From NCBI GenBank assembly GCA_017649945.1, contig JAGCFU010000080.1:220-64219 (forward strand): DNA of 64,000 nucleotides, written 5' to 3'. The translations under genes were made by a program, and so were the position numbers. The notes beneath the pieces are model-generated. The model was not told where the DNA came from. It was given only the letters and a program-made list of their open reading frames with translations, and did not search any database. Every line of letters starts with the position of its first letter. Position 1 is the first letter of the stretch. Shown in pieces: positions 56,309 to 64,000 of the stretch. The DNA is from Bacteroidales bacterium (GTDB lineage: Bacteria > Bacteroidota > Bacteroidia > Bacteroidales > F082).

Positions 56309-57556
56309 ATGAAGAAAGTATTGTTAGTATTAGCATTGGCTGTTTTAGCACAGTTTGCTATAGCTCAAAACGTACAGGTACAAAACGCTTTCAACAACCA
56401 GAAATCGGCACAGCAGTACATCGAACAGGCTGAAGCGTTGAGAACACAGAATAAGGTAGATAAGGCTGCAAAACAGATGCAGAACGCCAAGATGATGATT
56501 CAGAAGGCAAAAGACGCCATCGATGCAGCATCACAGCATGAAGCTACAATGAATCAGGCCAAGACATGGCACTATTATGCAGTTATTTACTACAAAATCG
56601 GCGCTTATCCGGAATTCGTCGACATCGACCACGACGCTTTCGTGAAGACTTTGGACGCTTTCGTGAAGATTCAGAATCTCGACACCGATTATTACATGAG
56701 AAACCGCGGAGAATTCCAGCAGTATGCAAGCAATATCGGCGCACGTTACTATGACCTCGGCGCAAACAGCTACAATGAAGGCAACTTCGAGGATGCTTAC
56801 ATCAATTTCAAGAAAGCTTACGATGCAACAGCCATCATCGGCGGTAAAGACAACAGCGCTTTGCTCAATGCAGCTCTCAGCGCAATGAAAGTCGAGAAAT
56901 TTGACGAGAGCGTCGCTATGTTTGAAATGTTGATTGCAAACGGTCTTGAAGAGCCTACAGTTTATTCAAATATGGCCGCTGCATACCGCGGAGCCGGCAA
57001 CACCGACAAGATGCTTGAGACAATTACAATCGCAAGAGAGAAATTCCCTGAGGATGAAGCAGTTATGAATGAAATGATTAACTCATACCTCACACTTCAC
57101 AGAGAAGCTGAAATCATCGACCAGATCAGAGCAATGGCTGAAGCCAACACAAATCAGCCGATTTATTACTTCATCCTTGGTACAATCTACGGAAATCGCG
57201 AGTCAGACCTTTATAGCATTGACAATGCACTTGAAGCTTACAACAAAGCCATCGAAGAAAACGACAAATACGCTGACGCATATTACAACGCAGGCGCTTT
57301 GCTGATCGACAAGGCATCAGAAATCTATCAGGCAGCAAACGATAAAGACCCGAGCGAATACTCGAACTTCAACGCTTATCTCAAAGCTACCAACGAAATG
57401 ATGGACGAAGCAAAAGAGTATGACCAGAGAGCATTGCCATACGTCGAGAAGACTTATGAGCTGCTTCCGGGTGATCCTGCAGTGAAACAAGCTCTGAAAG
57501 GTATTTACGCACGTCTTAAGATGACAGAGAAAGCTCAGGAGCTTGATCAAGAATAA
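56309..57556 (+). CDS. Exported tetratricopeptide-repeat protein
   Basis: Signal peptide followed by repeated A/Y/N-rich TPR-like helices. Confidence 0.65.
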   Translation: MKKVLLVLALAVLAQFAIAQNVQVQNAFNNQKSAQQYIEQAEALRTQNKVDKAAKQMQNAKMMIQKAKDAIDAASQHEATMNQAKTWHYYAVIYYKIGAYPEFVDIDHDAFVKTLDAFVKIQNLDTDYYMRNRGEFQQYASNIGARYYDLGANSYNEGNFEDAYINFKKAYDATAIIGGKDNSALLNAALSAMKVEKFDESVAMFEMLIANGLEEPTVYSNMAAAYRGAGNTDKMLETITIAREKFPEDEAVMNEMINSYLTLHREAEIIDQIRAMAEANTNQPIYYFILGTIYGNRESDLYSIDNALEAYNKAIEENDKYADAYYNAGALLIDKASEIYQAANDKDPSEYSNFNAYLKATNEMMDEAKEYDQRALPYVEKTYELLPGDPAVKQALKGIYARLKMTEKAQELDQE

Positions 57557-57563
57557 ATTTAAC

Positions 57564-57591
57564 GGTGGAGTATGAGTCTCCACCTTTTTTT
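57564..57591 (+). terminator. Rho-independent terminator
   Basis: Stem ggtggag / ctccacc followed by seven T. Confidence 0.6.
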
Positions 57592-57740
57592 AAAACACTT
57601 TATTTAACATAATGTATATTATTTTACAATAGGGGTTTCTTAAAAACGCAACAAATCTTAATATATTTTAAGATTACAATCTTTCTTTTGCAAGTTGTGT
57701 TAAAAATTGTAAAAATTGAAAATCGTTCCGAAATTTTTAA

Positions 57741-57748
57741 TAACTTTG
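57741..57748 (+). promoter_or_regulatory. -7 promoter box (TAACTTTG)
   Basis: Matches TAnnTTTG 29 nt upstream of the ATG at 57777. Confidence 0.45.
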
Positions 57749-57776
57749 CAGTTAGAAAATAATAAATGAAAAATAT

Positions 57777-58166
57777 ATGGAAATAGTTGGAAAAGTCGTA
57801 CAATTAGGTACTTTGATTGAAGGAAACTCGCCTCGCGGTCCGTGGAAAAAACAGGAATTGATTATTGAAACTGTCGAGCAATATCCGAAGAAGATTTGTC
57901 TGCTTTGCTGGAACGAACGCGTCAACGACGCCAACAGCTTCTTTGTCGGACAAACAATCAAAGCTCAGATCAGCATAGAATCACGTGAGTTTAACGGCAA
58001 ATGGTACACCGACGTCAGAGCGTTCAGATTCGACCTCGAACAGCCGGCACAGCAGCCTGCAGCACAGCCTATGAATCAGATGCCGCCACAAGTGCCTCAA
58101 CAACCGCTGCCACCGATGAACGAAGATTATTTCGCGTCGGATAACGGCGACGATCTGCCTTTCTAA
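57777..58166 (+). CDS. DUF3127-like small OB-fold protein with a Pro/Gln-rich tail
   Basis: The N-terminus MEIVGKVVQLGTLIEGNSPRGPWKKQELIIET... resembles DUF3127 family members by recollection. Confidence 0.55.
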   Translation: MEIVGKVVQLGTLIEGNSPRGPWKKQELIIETVEQYPKKICLLCWNERVNDANSFFVGQTIKAQISIESREFNGKWYTDVRAFRFDLEQPAQQPAAQPMNQMPPQVPQQPLPPMNEDYFASDNGDDLPF

Positions 58167-58177
58167 GGAATAACTTG

Positions 58178-59224
58178 TTATTTAAGAATTGTTGTTATTT
58201 GACCTGTGTTCGGGTTGAATAACACTTTATTATTCTTTACCGAAATCACTCTAAGGGCGCCAAACTGACTGATAATCAGCTGTTTCTCGGCTATTACATT
58301 GTTTCCGGAAAGCACCTTTAAAGTGGTCTCTACAGGCATTCTGTAGAACAGTTTGTTGCTCTGACTTGTTGTTTTGGTCTCGTCATTGACCGGATTGATA
58401 TTCGCAAGCTGATTCTTGCTCTCAAACTGAAGCTTTATCTGCTCTCCGGCAATCTTAGTTATTGATGCTGAGGCATTTGCCTGTTTTTCCTCAGGTGTGA
58501 AGTACACAGTCTGTTTATATGTGCTTTTGATAATTTTACCTTTAAAAAGGCTAATATATTCATTTTCAAGCTCTTTCATCTGGTCGACCATATACGAAGT
58601 GGTATTGCCGTAAACGACCTCGTTAAAGCCCGAAATAAGCTCAAAATTAGCATTTCTAATCTTGGAAATCTTGTCTGCAATAGCATTCGCCTTGTCTTCC
58701 TTGCTGATTTTTTTAGGAGCACTACTACCCTCTTCGTCATCATCGTCGTCTTTTTCAACCTCAACCTCATTTTCAAGTATATCGATAAAATTCGGATTAT
58801 TATCTTTAACTGTATTTAAATCATTGATAGTAAATGTATTACGACTTATTTTTGATTTAGAAGGTATACTGTCAAAACCTAATGCAAGGATGATTCCGTC
58901 TGAATCCAAAATGATATTCGGCATGGGTTCTTTGCTTTTCTCATCGGATGCAACGAAAAACACCGCATTTGGATCCGGCTCGTCAGCTACTTGAATATCA
59001 ACGCTTTTGATCTCATATTCAGTCTTGTTTTCCTTGATGTAATCGCTTGTCCCCATTATTTTCATGGCAAATTCAGCATAAGGCCCGATGAAATAATTGG
59101 TTTCTTCTATCGTGAACTCAAGTTTGATTACATTTCTCGGCAGATAATAGAAAATTCCATCTTCCTGTTGAGCTTCAAGACTTAACGAGGCCAACAATGA
59201 TAATATTAAAAACAGTTTTCTCAT
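58178..59224 (-). CDS. Exported hypothetical protein (possibly DUF4831 family)
   Basis: Signal peptide and an internal acidic stretch DDDDDEEG. Its stop overlaps the upstream symporter gene. The family call is tentative. Confidence 0.45.
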   Translation of the reverse strand: MRKLFLILSLLASLSLEAQQEDGIFYYLPRNVIKLEFTIEETNYFIGPYAEFAMKIMGTSDYIKENKTEYEIKSVDIQVADEPDPNAVFFVASDEKSKEPMPNIILDSDGIILALGFDSIPSKSKISRNTFTINDLNTVKDNNPNFIDILENEVEVEKDDDDDEEGSSAPKKISKEDKANAIADKISKIRNANFELISGFNEVVYGNTTSYMVDQMKELENEYISLFKGKIIKSTYKQTVYFTPEEKQANASASITKIAGEQIKLQFESKNQLANINPVNDETKTTSQSNKLFYRMPVETTLKVLSGNNVIAEKQLIISQFGALRVISVKNNKVLFNPNTGQITTILK

Positions 59225-60690
59225 ATTTTTACTTTTTTTGATGAGATTAACAACGCGATAAATGTTATTAACCCATTGATAATCAATATTTCAAATCCAA
59301 ATTTATATCCGTTGAACAGTTGTACCGAATACATGTTTAATATATAACTCAAAATCGGCGAAGCTATTGCGATGTAAGGTACAAATTTGTCGATTGGCCT
59401 GCGGTTTTTCACAAAAAGTCCGAATGAATATAAGCCAAGCAGCGGTCCGTAAGTGTAACCGGCGATTTCAAACACCTTGTCGATGAGCGATTGGTTGTGG
59501 AACGGACGGAATGCAATGATTACCAATAAGTAAACGATTGCAAATGCGATGTGAATACGTTTTCTTGTCTTGAGTTTCTGCTCTTCTGTAAGGTCTTTTT
59601 TAGTGTCGAAATCGAGGAAGTTGTAACAGAATGTCGTTGTAAGCGCCGTCAAGGTGCCGTCAGCTGACGAATAACCTGCTGCGACGAGTCCGATGACAAA
59701 CACAATACTCGTGAACTTGCTGAAACTGAACGCGATAGCTGGGAAAATCTTATCGTTGACCACTACTCCACTATCGTTTGCAGGCAACTGAAAACCAGTG
59801 TGCTGTGCGTAATAAATCAGCGAGGCGCCGAGGCACAGGAAGATGATGTTCACGAAAATAAACAGAATGCTCGATGTCATGACGTTTTTCTGGGCGTCAC
59901 GCAAACTCTTGCATGTCATGTTTTTCTGCATCATATCCTGGTCGAGACCGGTCATCACAATGGTGATGAAAGCGCCGCTGAGTATCTGTTTAAGCCAGAA
60001 ACGGCTATGATTCGGGTCGGTCTCAAAAAGTTTCGTATAACCTTGTTTTGCCGAGGCTTTCAGCAAGTCAGGGATTGAAATGTTGAGTTCTTTCAGGATA
60101 CAAACGACGGTTATTATCGCTGCCAAAAGCAGAAACGTAGTTTGCAGTGTGTCGGTCCATACCACGGTTTTAATGCCGCCTTTGAAGGTGTAGACAAGGA
60201 TTAACGCTATGAATATGACCGCCGGCACCCAGAACGGTATGCCCCAGGCCTTGAATACGAATTCATATAACACGAAGACCACCAAATACATTCGCAGTGC
60301 AGAGCCAAGCAGACGCGACAAGATAAAGAACGCCGCGCCGGTTTTTTCGGAATTCCTTCCGAAACGCATCTCGAGATACGAATATATTGAGGTCAGGTTG
60401 AGCTTGTAATACAGCGGCAGCAACAGCAGTGCGATGACAGCGTAGCCGATGATATAGCCGAGAACTATGCCGAAATATGTGAACTGACTCGTGTAGACGT
60501 TGCCTGGCACCGACATAAATGTGACTCCCGACAGCGACGCCCCAATCATACCGTATGCAACCACAAACCACGGCGATTTGCGGTTTCCGGTGAAAAACGT
60601 GTCATTTGTCGACTTCCGAGATGTGATGTGTGCAATCACTAAAATCAGCACCGTGTAAATGGCAAAAACCGTTAATATTAACGTCGACAT
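59221..60690 (-). CDS. Sodium:solute symporter family transporter
   Basis: 489 aa, about 13 TM segments, SSF-like sequence. Confidence 0.8.
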   Translation of the reverse strand: MSTLILTVFAIYTVLILVIAHITSRKSTNDTFFTGNRKSPWFVVAYGMIGASLSGVTFMSVPGNVYTSQFTYFGIVLGYIIGYAVIALLLLPLYYKLNLTSIYSYLEMRFGRNSEKTGAAFFILSRLLGSALRMYLVVFVLYEFVFKAWGIPFWVPAVIFIALILVYTFKGGIKTVVWTDTLQTTFLLLAAIITVVCILKELNISIPDLLKASAKQGYTKLFETDPNHSRFWLKQILSGAFITIVMTGLDQDMMQKNMTCKSLRDAQKNVMTSSILFIFVNIIFLCLGASLIYYAQHTGFQLPANDSGVVVNDKIFPAIAFSFSKFTSIVFVIGLVAAGYSSADGTLTALTTTFCYNFLDFDTKKDLTEEQKLKTRKRIHIAFAIVYLLVIIAFRPFHNQSLIDKVFEIAGYTYGPLLGLYSFGLFVKNRRPIDKFVPYIAIASPILSYILNMYSVQLFNGYKFGFEILIINGLITFIALLISSKKVKI

Positions 60691-60733
60691 AATTTATTGA
60701 CTATAAAAATGTTAAATTACTTTATTTAAAGCG

Positions 60734-61273
60734 TTACTTTAATATTTTCGCAAACTTGATAAGCGACTCGAATTGGCTGTCAGGTTTGCATTTCACGGGC
60801 TCGTCACCTATTAATATTGTGTACATCCCGGCGTTTTTTCCGAACTCGATGTCGGAATTTGAATCGCCAATCATCACGGATTTGTCGAAATCTATTTCCG
60901 GAAAGTCGTGCTGTGCCATGTAAGCCATGCGAGGACTTGGCTTGCGGAAGTTATCAGGGTCGGATTTCAGTTGTGGGCAGACATAAATTTTGTCAACTCT
61001 CCCCTTCTGCTTTTCAATCTCCTTAACCATGAAATCGTGAACTTTGTCGACATCTTGTAAAGTCATCAGTCCTTTCCCTACACCTTGTTGGTTGGTCACA
61101 ATTATGATTCGGCCGAATTTCTCTGCAAAGATTGTGAAAGCGTCCAAAACGCCGGGCAGAAATTCAAATTCCCCAAGATTTTTGACATAATCGTCTATTA
61201 GACGCACGTTGATGACGCCGTCGCGGTCGAGGAACAAAGTCCATGATTTGTCGATTTTGCCTCTCCAGTCCAT
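60734..61273 (-). CDS. gmhB: HAD-IIIA phosphatase, GmhB-like (heptose-1,7-bisphosphate phosphatase)
   Basis: Contains LFLDRDGVIN, VTNQ and a GDSNSD motif. The start is set at MDWRGK (61273), overlapping the gmhA stop by 1 nt. Confidence 0.65.
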   Translation of the reverse strand: MDWRGKIDKSWTLFLDRDGVINVRLIDDYVKNLGEFEFLPGVLDAFTIFAEKFGRIIIVTNQQGVGKGLMTLQDVDKVHDFMVKEIEKQKGRVDKIYVCPQLKSDPDNFRKPSPRMAYMAQHDFPEIDFDKSVMIGDSNSDIEFGKNAGMYTILIGDEPVKCKPDSQFESLIKFAKILK

Positions 61274-61851
61274 CACTTTTTCGGGAAAATCGTGGCTTCG
61301 ATGATTTCGCAGATGATATGTCCTATCATGATGTGCGACTCTTGGATGCGAGGAGTGCATTTGCTCGGCACGTTCAGTAAAATGTCGCAGCATTCGGCCA
61401 TTTTGCCGCCGGTCTCCCCTGTCATCCCTATCGTCTTCACACCGACTTCTTTGGCCACTTCAATGGCTTTCAATATGTTGGCGGAGTTTCCTGACGTGCT
61501 GATGCCTATGAAAACATCGCCTTTCTTAGCTGAAGCCTGCAACATTCTTGAATAAATCACATCGTAGGAATAATCATTGGCTACAGCCGTGAGGTAGCTC
61601 GTATTCACGTGTAAGGCCTCGGCATTCAACGGTGGACGGTCGTAATAGAAACGTCCGCTCAACTCGGCAGCGAGATGCTGTGCGTCGGCAGCGCTTCCGC
61701 CATTGCCGCAGAAATGAATCTTTCCGCCGTTTTTAAGAGATTCGACGCACATCATGGCAGCGTCGTTTATCTTTTTAACAAATGCCTTGTCGCTGACAAT
61801 CAACTGTTTAACATTGATTGAATCATTTATAATATTCTCAATAGAAATCAT
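61273..61851 (-). CDS. gmhA: SIS-domain phosphoheptose isomerase
   Basis: 192 aa with GNGGSAADAQH and ISTSGNS motifs. Confidence 0.8.
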   Translation of the reverse strand: MISIENIINDSINVKQLIVSDKAFVKKINDAAMMCVESLKNGGKIHFCGNGGSAADAQHLAAELSGRFYYDRPPLNAEALHVNTSYLTAVANDYSYDVIYSRMLQASAKKGDVFIGISTSGNSANILKAIEVAKEVGVKTIGMTGETGGKMAECCDILLNVPSKCTPRIQESHIMIGHIICEIIEATIFPKK

Positions 61852-61860
61852 TTTTTCAAA

Positions 61861-61868
61861 TATTTTTG
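61861..61868 (+). promoter_or_regulatory. -7 promoter box (TATTTTTG)
   Basis: Matches TAnnTTTG 47 nt upstream of the ATG at 61915. Confidence 0.4.
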
Positions 61869-61914
61869 CAAAGATATATAAAAAATCCCGATTTTTGCAG
61901 CAAATTTTTGAAAA

Positions 61915-62283
61915 ATGAAAACTCTTTATACTATTTTGCTGTTGGTCGTATCCAACATTTTTATGACATTTGCTTGGTATGGAAATTTGAAACTTACCGA
62001 CATGGGCATTATAAAGGATTGGCCGTTGTTTCTCATTATTTTAGCAAGTTGGGGCGTCGCGTTGTTTGAATATTCATTTATGGTTCCGGCCAACCGTATC
62101 GGCTCTGAAGTTAACGGAGGCTCGTTCAATCTTGTGCAACTCAAAGTGATTCAAGAGGTAGTAAGTCTTATCGTCTTCATGATAATAACAATAAAAGTGT
62201 TTAAAATGGGCGAATTCAGTTGGAATCATGTGATAGGTTTCTGTTTCATGGTGCTCGCTGTTTATTTTTGTTTTAAAAAATAA
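61915..62283 (+). CDS. Small DMT-superfamily membrane protein (DUF486-like)
   Basis: 122 aa, four hydrophobic segments, N-terminus ...NIFMTFAWYGNLK. Confidence 0.65.
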   Translation: MKTLYTILLLVVSNIFMTFAWYGNLKLTDMGIIKDWPLFLIILASWGVALFEYSFMVPANRIGSEVNGGSFNLVQLKVIQEVVSLIVFMIITIKVFKMGEFSWNHVIGFCFMVLAVYFCFKK

Positions 62284-62315
62284 CGAAAAAACTTGTATTT
62301 TTAAAGAAAACACTG

Positions 62316-62323
62316 TACTTTTG
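62316..62323 (+). promoter_or_regulatory. -7 promoter box (TACTTTTG)
   Basis: Matches TAnnTTTG 23 nt upstream of the ATG at 62346. Confidence 0.45.
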
Positions 62324-62345
62324 TAAGTCAAAAATTTATTAGGAT

Positions 62346-62756
62346 ATGAAATTTTACGACATTGATTCGATTTTCACTTTCGGAAAATATGAGGGTGAGA
62401 CTTTGGCTGAAGTTTTTGAAAAAGACCCTAAATATATTAAATATTGCCAGGAAAACATCGATGATTTCTACATCGCCCCTGATGTCTTGAAAGAGTTGAG
62501 GGCATCGTCACGCGACAATAAGTTGTTGACAGCCAACCTCGATGAGATGAGTGACGAGGAGTTGCGCGACTTCATGAGCCAGATGAACGACATCGATGAG
62601 TTTGACGAGAGCAAGCTTGAAGAGGATTTCGACTGGGAAGAAGGCGAAAACATGTTTGCCGACGACGAGGAAGATATCTTCGGCGAAGACGAGGATGAAT
62701 ATTATGAGGATGAAAGCTTTGACGAGCCGTTTGATGATCCTTACGACCGCTATTAA
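62346..62756 (+). CDS. Hypothetical protein with a strongly acidic C-terminal half
   Basis: 136 aa. The N-terminus FTFGKYEGETLAEVFEKDPKYIKYC is followed by a D/E-rich tail. Confidence 0.5.
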   Translation: MKFYDIDSIFTFGKYEGETLAEVFEKDPKYIKYCQENIDDFYIAPDVLKELRASSRDNKLLTANLDEMSDEELRDFMSQMNDIDEFDESKLEEDFDWEEGENMFADDEEDIFGEDEDEYYEDESFDEPFDDPYDRY

Positions 62757-63688
62757 ATCCTTTCGGAGATTCCGTAAACCTTATTTTTTGACGACGTCGA
62801 CTGCACGAGTTCCGCGAGGAATCCTGTCATAAATAATTGTACGCCGACGATGACGCATACCAGTGCGAAGTAGAACAGCGGACGGTTGGTCATGCCATAT
62901 GCATGGAATGCGAACTTCTTGACTGCCAGCACTATACCGATTATGAAACCGACAAGGAAGGTCAGTGAGCCGAGGCCGCCGAAGAGATGCATAGGGCGTT
63001 TACCGAACTTGGAGATGAACGAGATAGTGAGCAGGTCGAGGTAACCTCTTATGAAACGGCTCATTCCGAATTTCGACTCGCCATATTTGCGTTTCTGATG
63101 ATGAACCACCTTCTCCCCTATATGTGAGAATCCTGCAGCCTTTGCGATGACTGGGATGTAGCGGTGCATCTCGCCGTAAATCTCTATGCTTTTCACCACT
63201 TCGTTGCGGTAAGCCTTGAGCCCGCAGTTGAAATCGTGAAGTTTGATGCCTGTCATGCGACGTGTCGACCAGTTGTAGAACTTAGACGGGATGTTTTTCG
63301 ACATAGTGGAGTCGTAACGTTTTTTCTTCCATCCGCTTACGATATCATAGCCGTCTCTCTCAATCATGTTGTAGAGTTCCGGTATCTCATCCGGACTATC
63401 CTGAAGGTCAGCGTCCATGGTGATGACGACGTCGCCTTGTACGATTTTGAAGCCTTCGTTGAGGGCTGCCGACTTGCCGTAGTTTCTTCTGAAACGGATA
63501 CCTTTTATGTTAGGATTGCTTTCTTTAAGTTTCTGTATGCAATGCCATGAGCCGTCGGTGCTGCCGTCGTCGACGAACACGATTTCGTAAGAATAGTTGT
63601 TTTCGGTCATGACGCGACGAATCCATGCCTCGAGTTCAGGCAATGATTCCTCTTCGTTCAGCAAAGGTATGATGACAGATATATTCAT
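62753..63688 (-). CDS. Family 2 glycosyltransferase (polyprenol-phosphate glycosyltransferase-like) with C-terminal TM segments
   Basis: Contains VIIPLLNEEESL, VDDGSTDGS and a DADLQD motif. The start is set at MNISVIIP. Confidence 0.85.
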   Translation of the reverse strand: MNISVIIPLLNEEESLPELEAWIRRVMTENNYSYEIVFVDDGSTDGSWHCIQKLKESNPNIKGIRFRRNYGKSAALNEGFKIVQGDVVITMDADLQDSPDEIPELYNMIERDGYDIVSGWKKKRYDSTMSKNIPSKFYNWSTRRMTGIKLHDFNCGLKAYRNEVVKSIEIYGEMHRYIPVIAKAAGFSHIGEKVVHHQKRKYGESKFGMSRFIRGYLDLLTISFISKFGKRPMHLFGGLGSLTFLVGFIIGIVLAVKKFAFHAYGMTNRPLFYFALVCVIVGVQLFMTGFLAELVQSTSSKNKVYGISERI

Positions 63689-63689
63689 T

Positions 63690-64000
63690 TCAATCTTTTT
63701 TGCGTGCAAAAATAGCAATTATTAATGAATAAAACAGCGATAATATCACATTTATTATCAACAACGAGATGGCGGTGGCTTTTGGTGAGAAAAGTTCGCG
63801 CATCATGCGGCCGTTTTCGTAAAGTCCCATCCTACTCTCCATTCCGATGTAGGCGTAGAGTATGTAAATTACGCCGCTGAAGCATATTGAGCCGATTATT
63901 CCGCTCATTAAGCTCATGGTGAAGGCTTTGCCGTAAGAGAACTCGCTCCACACGAATCTGTTTTTGAAGAATGCGAGAGTGATGCTGAGCCACACGAACG
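63690..64000 (-). CDS. Membrane protein, partial (DUF4199-like); continues beyond the window
   Basis: Hydrophobic ORF open to the window end, in the position typically upstream of a GT2 gene in Bacteroidales. Confidence 0.45.
   Translation of the reverse strand, partial: FVWLSITLAFFKNRFVWSEFSYGKAFTMSLMSGIIGSICFSGVIYILYAYIGMESRMGLYENGRMMRELFSPKATAISLLIINVILSLFYSLIIAIFARKKD

Noticed and set aside
62346-62756. Very acidic 136-aa protein considered as a DNA-mimic anti-restriction protein
   Set aside because: It sits among core genes with its own promoter, far from the island. Acidity alone is not evidence, and no motif supports the idea.

Overview
This window looks like Bacteroidales chromosome (Prevotella/Bacteroides-like). 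Many genes are preceded by the Bacteroidetes -7 promoter box TAnnTTTG, several exported proteins carry T9SS C-terminal sorting domains, and the housekeeping genes are typical of the order. Most of the window is core genome: arcA, a YbaK-like deacylase, an NfeD/SPFH pair, an RluA-type pseudouridine synthase, a split transketolase, dgt, tsaD, tamB, a UvrD/PD-(D/E)XK helicase-nuclease, tricorn protease, miaA, a CCA/HD enzyme, clpC, gyrA, gmhA/gmhB and a GT2. There are two accessory regions. (1) 7.1-15.7 kb holds a decayed Abi_2 gene and a four-gene cluster of exported/T9SS cargo proteins behind a structured, terminator-containing leader. (2) 30.8-46.7 kb is a visibly AT-rich defence island (31.8-43.85 kb) bracketed by two ~177-nt GC-rich, highly structured repeats in inverted orientation. 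The island encodes a C5 DNA methyltransferase translationally coupled to a 757-aa protein with two GHKL ATPase folds (a MORC-like N-terminus and a histidine-kinase-like C-terminus) and to a receiver-domain protein with a HEPN-like (RNNLAH) C-terminus. These are followed by an m6A MTase, a second C5 MTase, a McrB-like GTPase, a LlaJI/McrC-like nuclease and Vsr. The methyltransferase-coupled kinase/REC-HEPN trio is my best candidate for an undescribed defence system. Right of the island lie a nuclease-less DNA-reader-like protein, a Fic protein, a TSCPD protein and an orphan HigA-like regulator. Two families of small palindromic intergenic repeats, two decayed toxin/Abi genes and a truncated paralog of a small exported protein are also noted. 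I found no rRNA, tRNA, CRISPR array, integrase or transposase.
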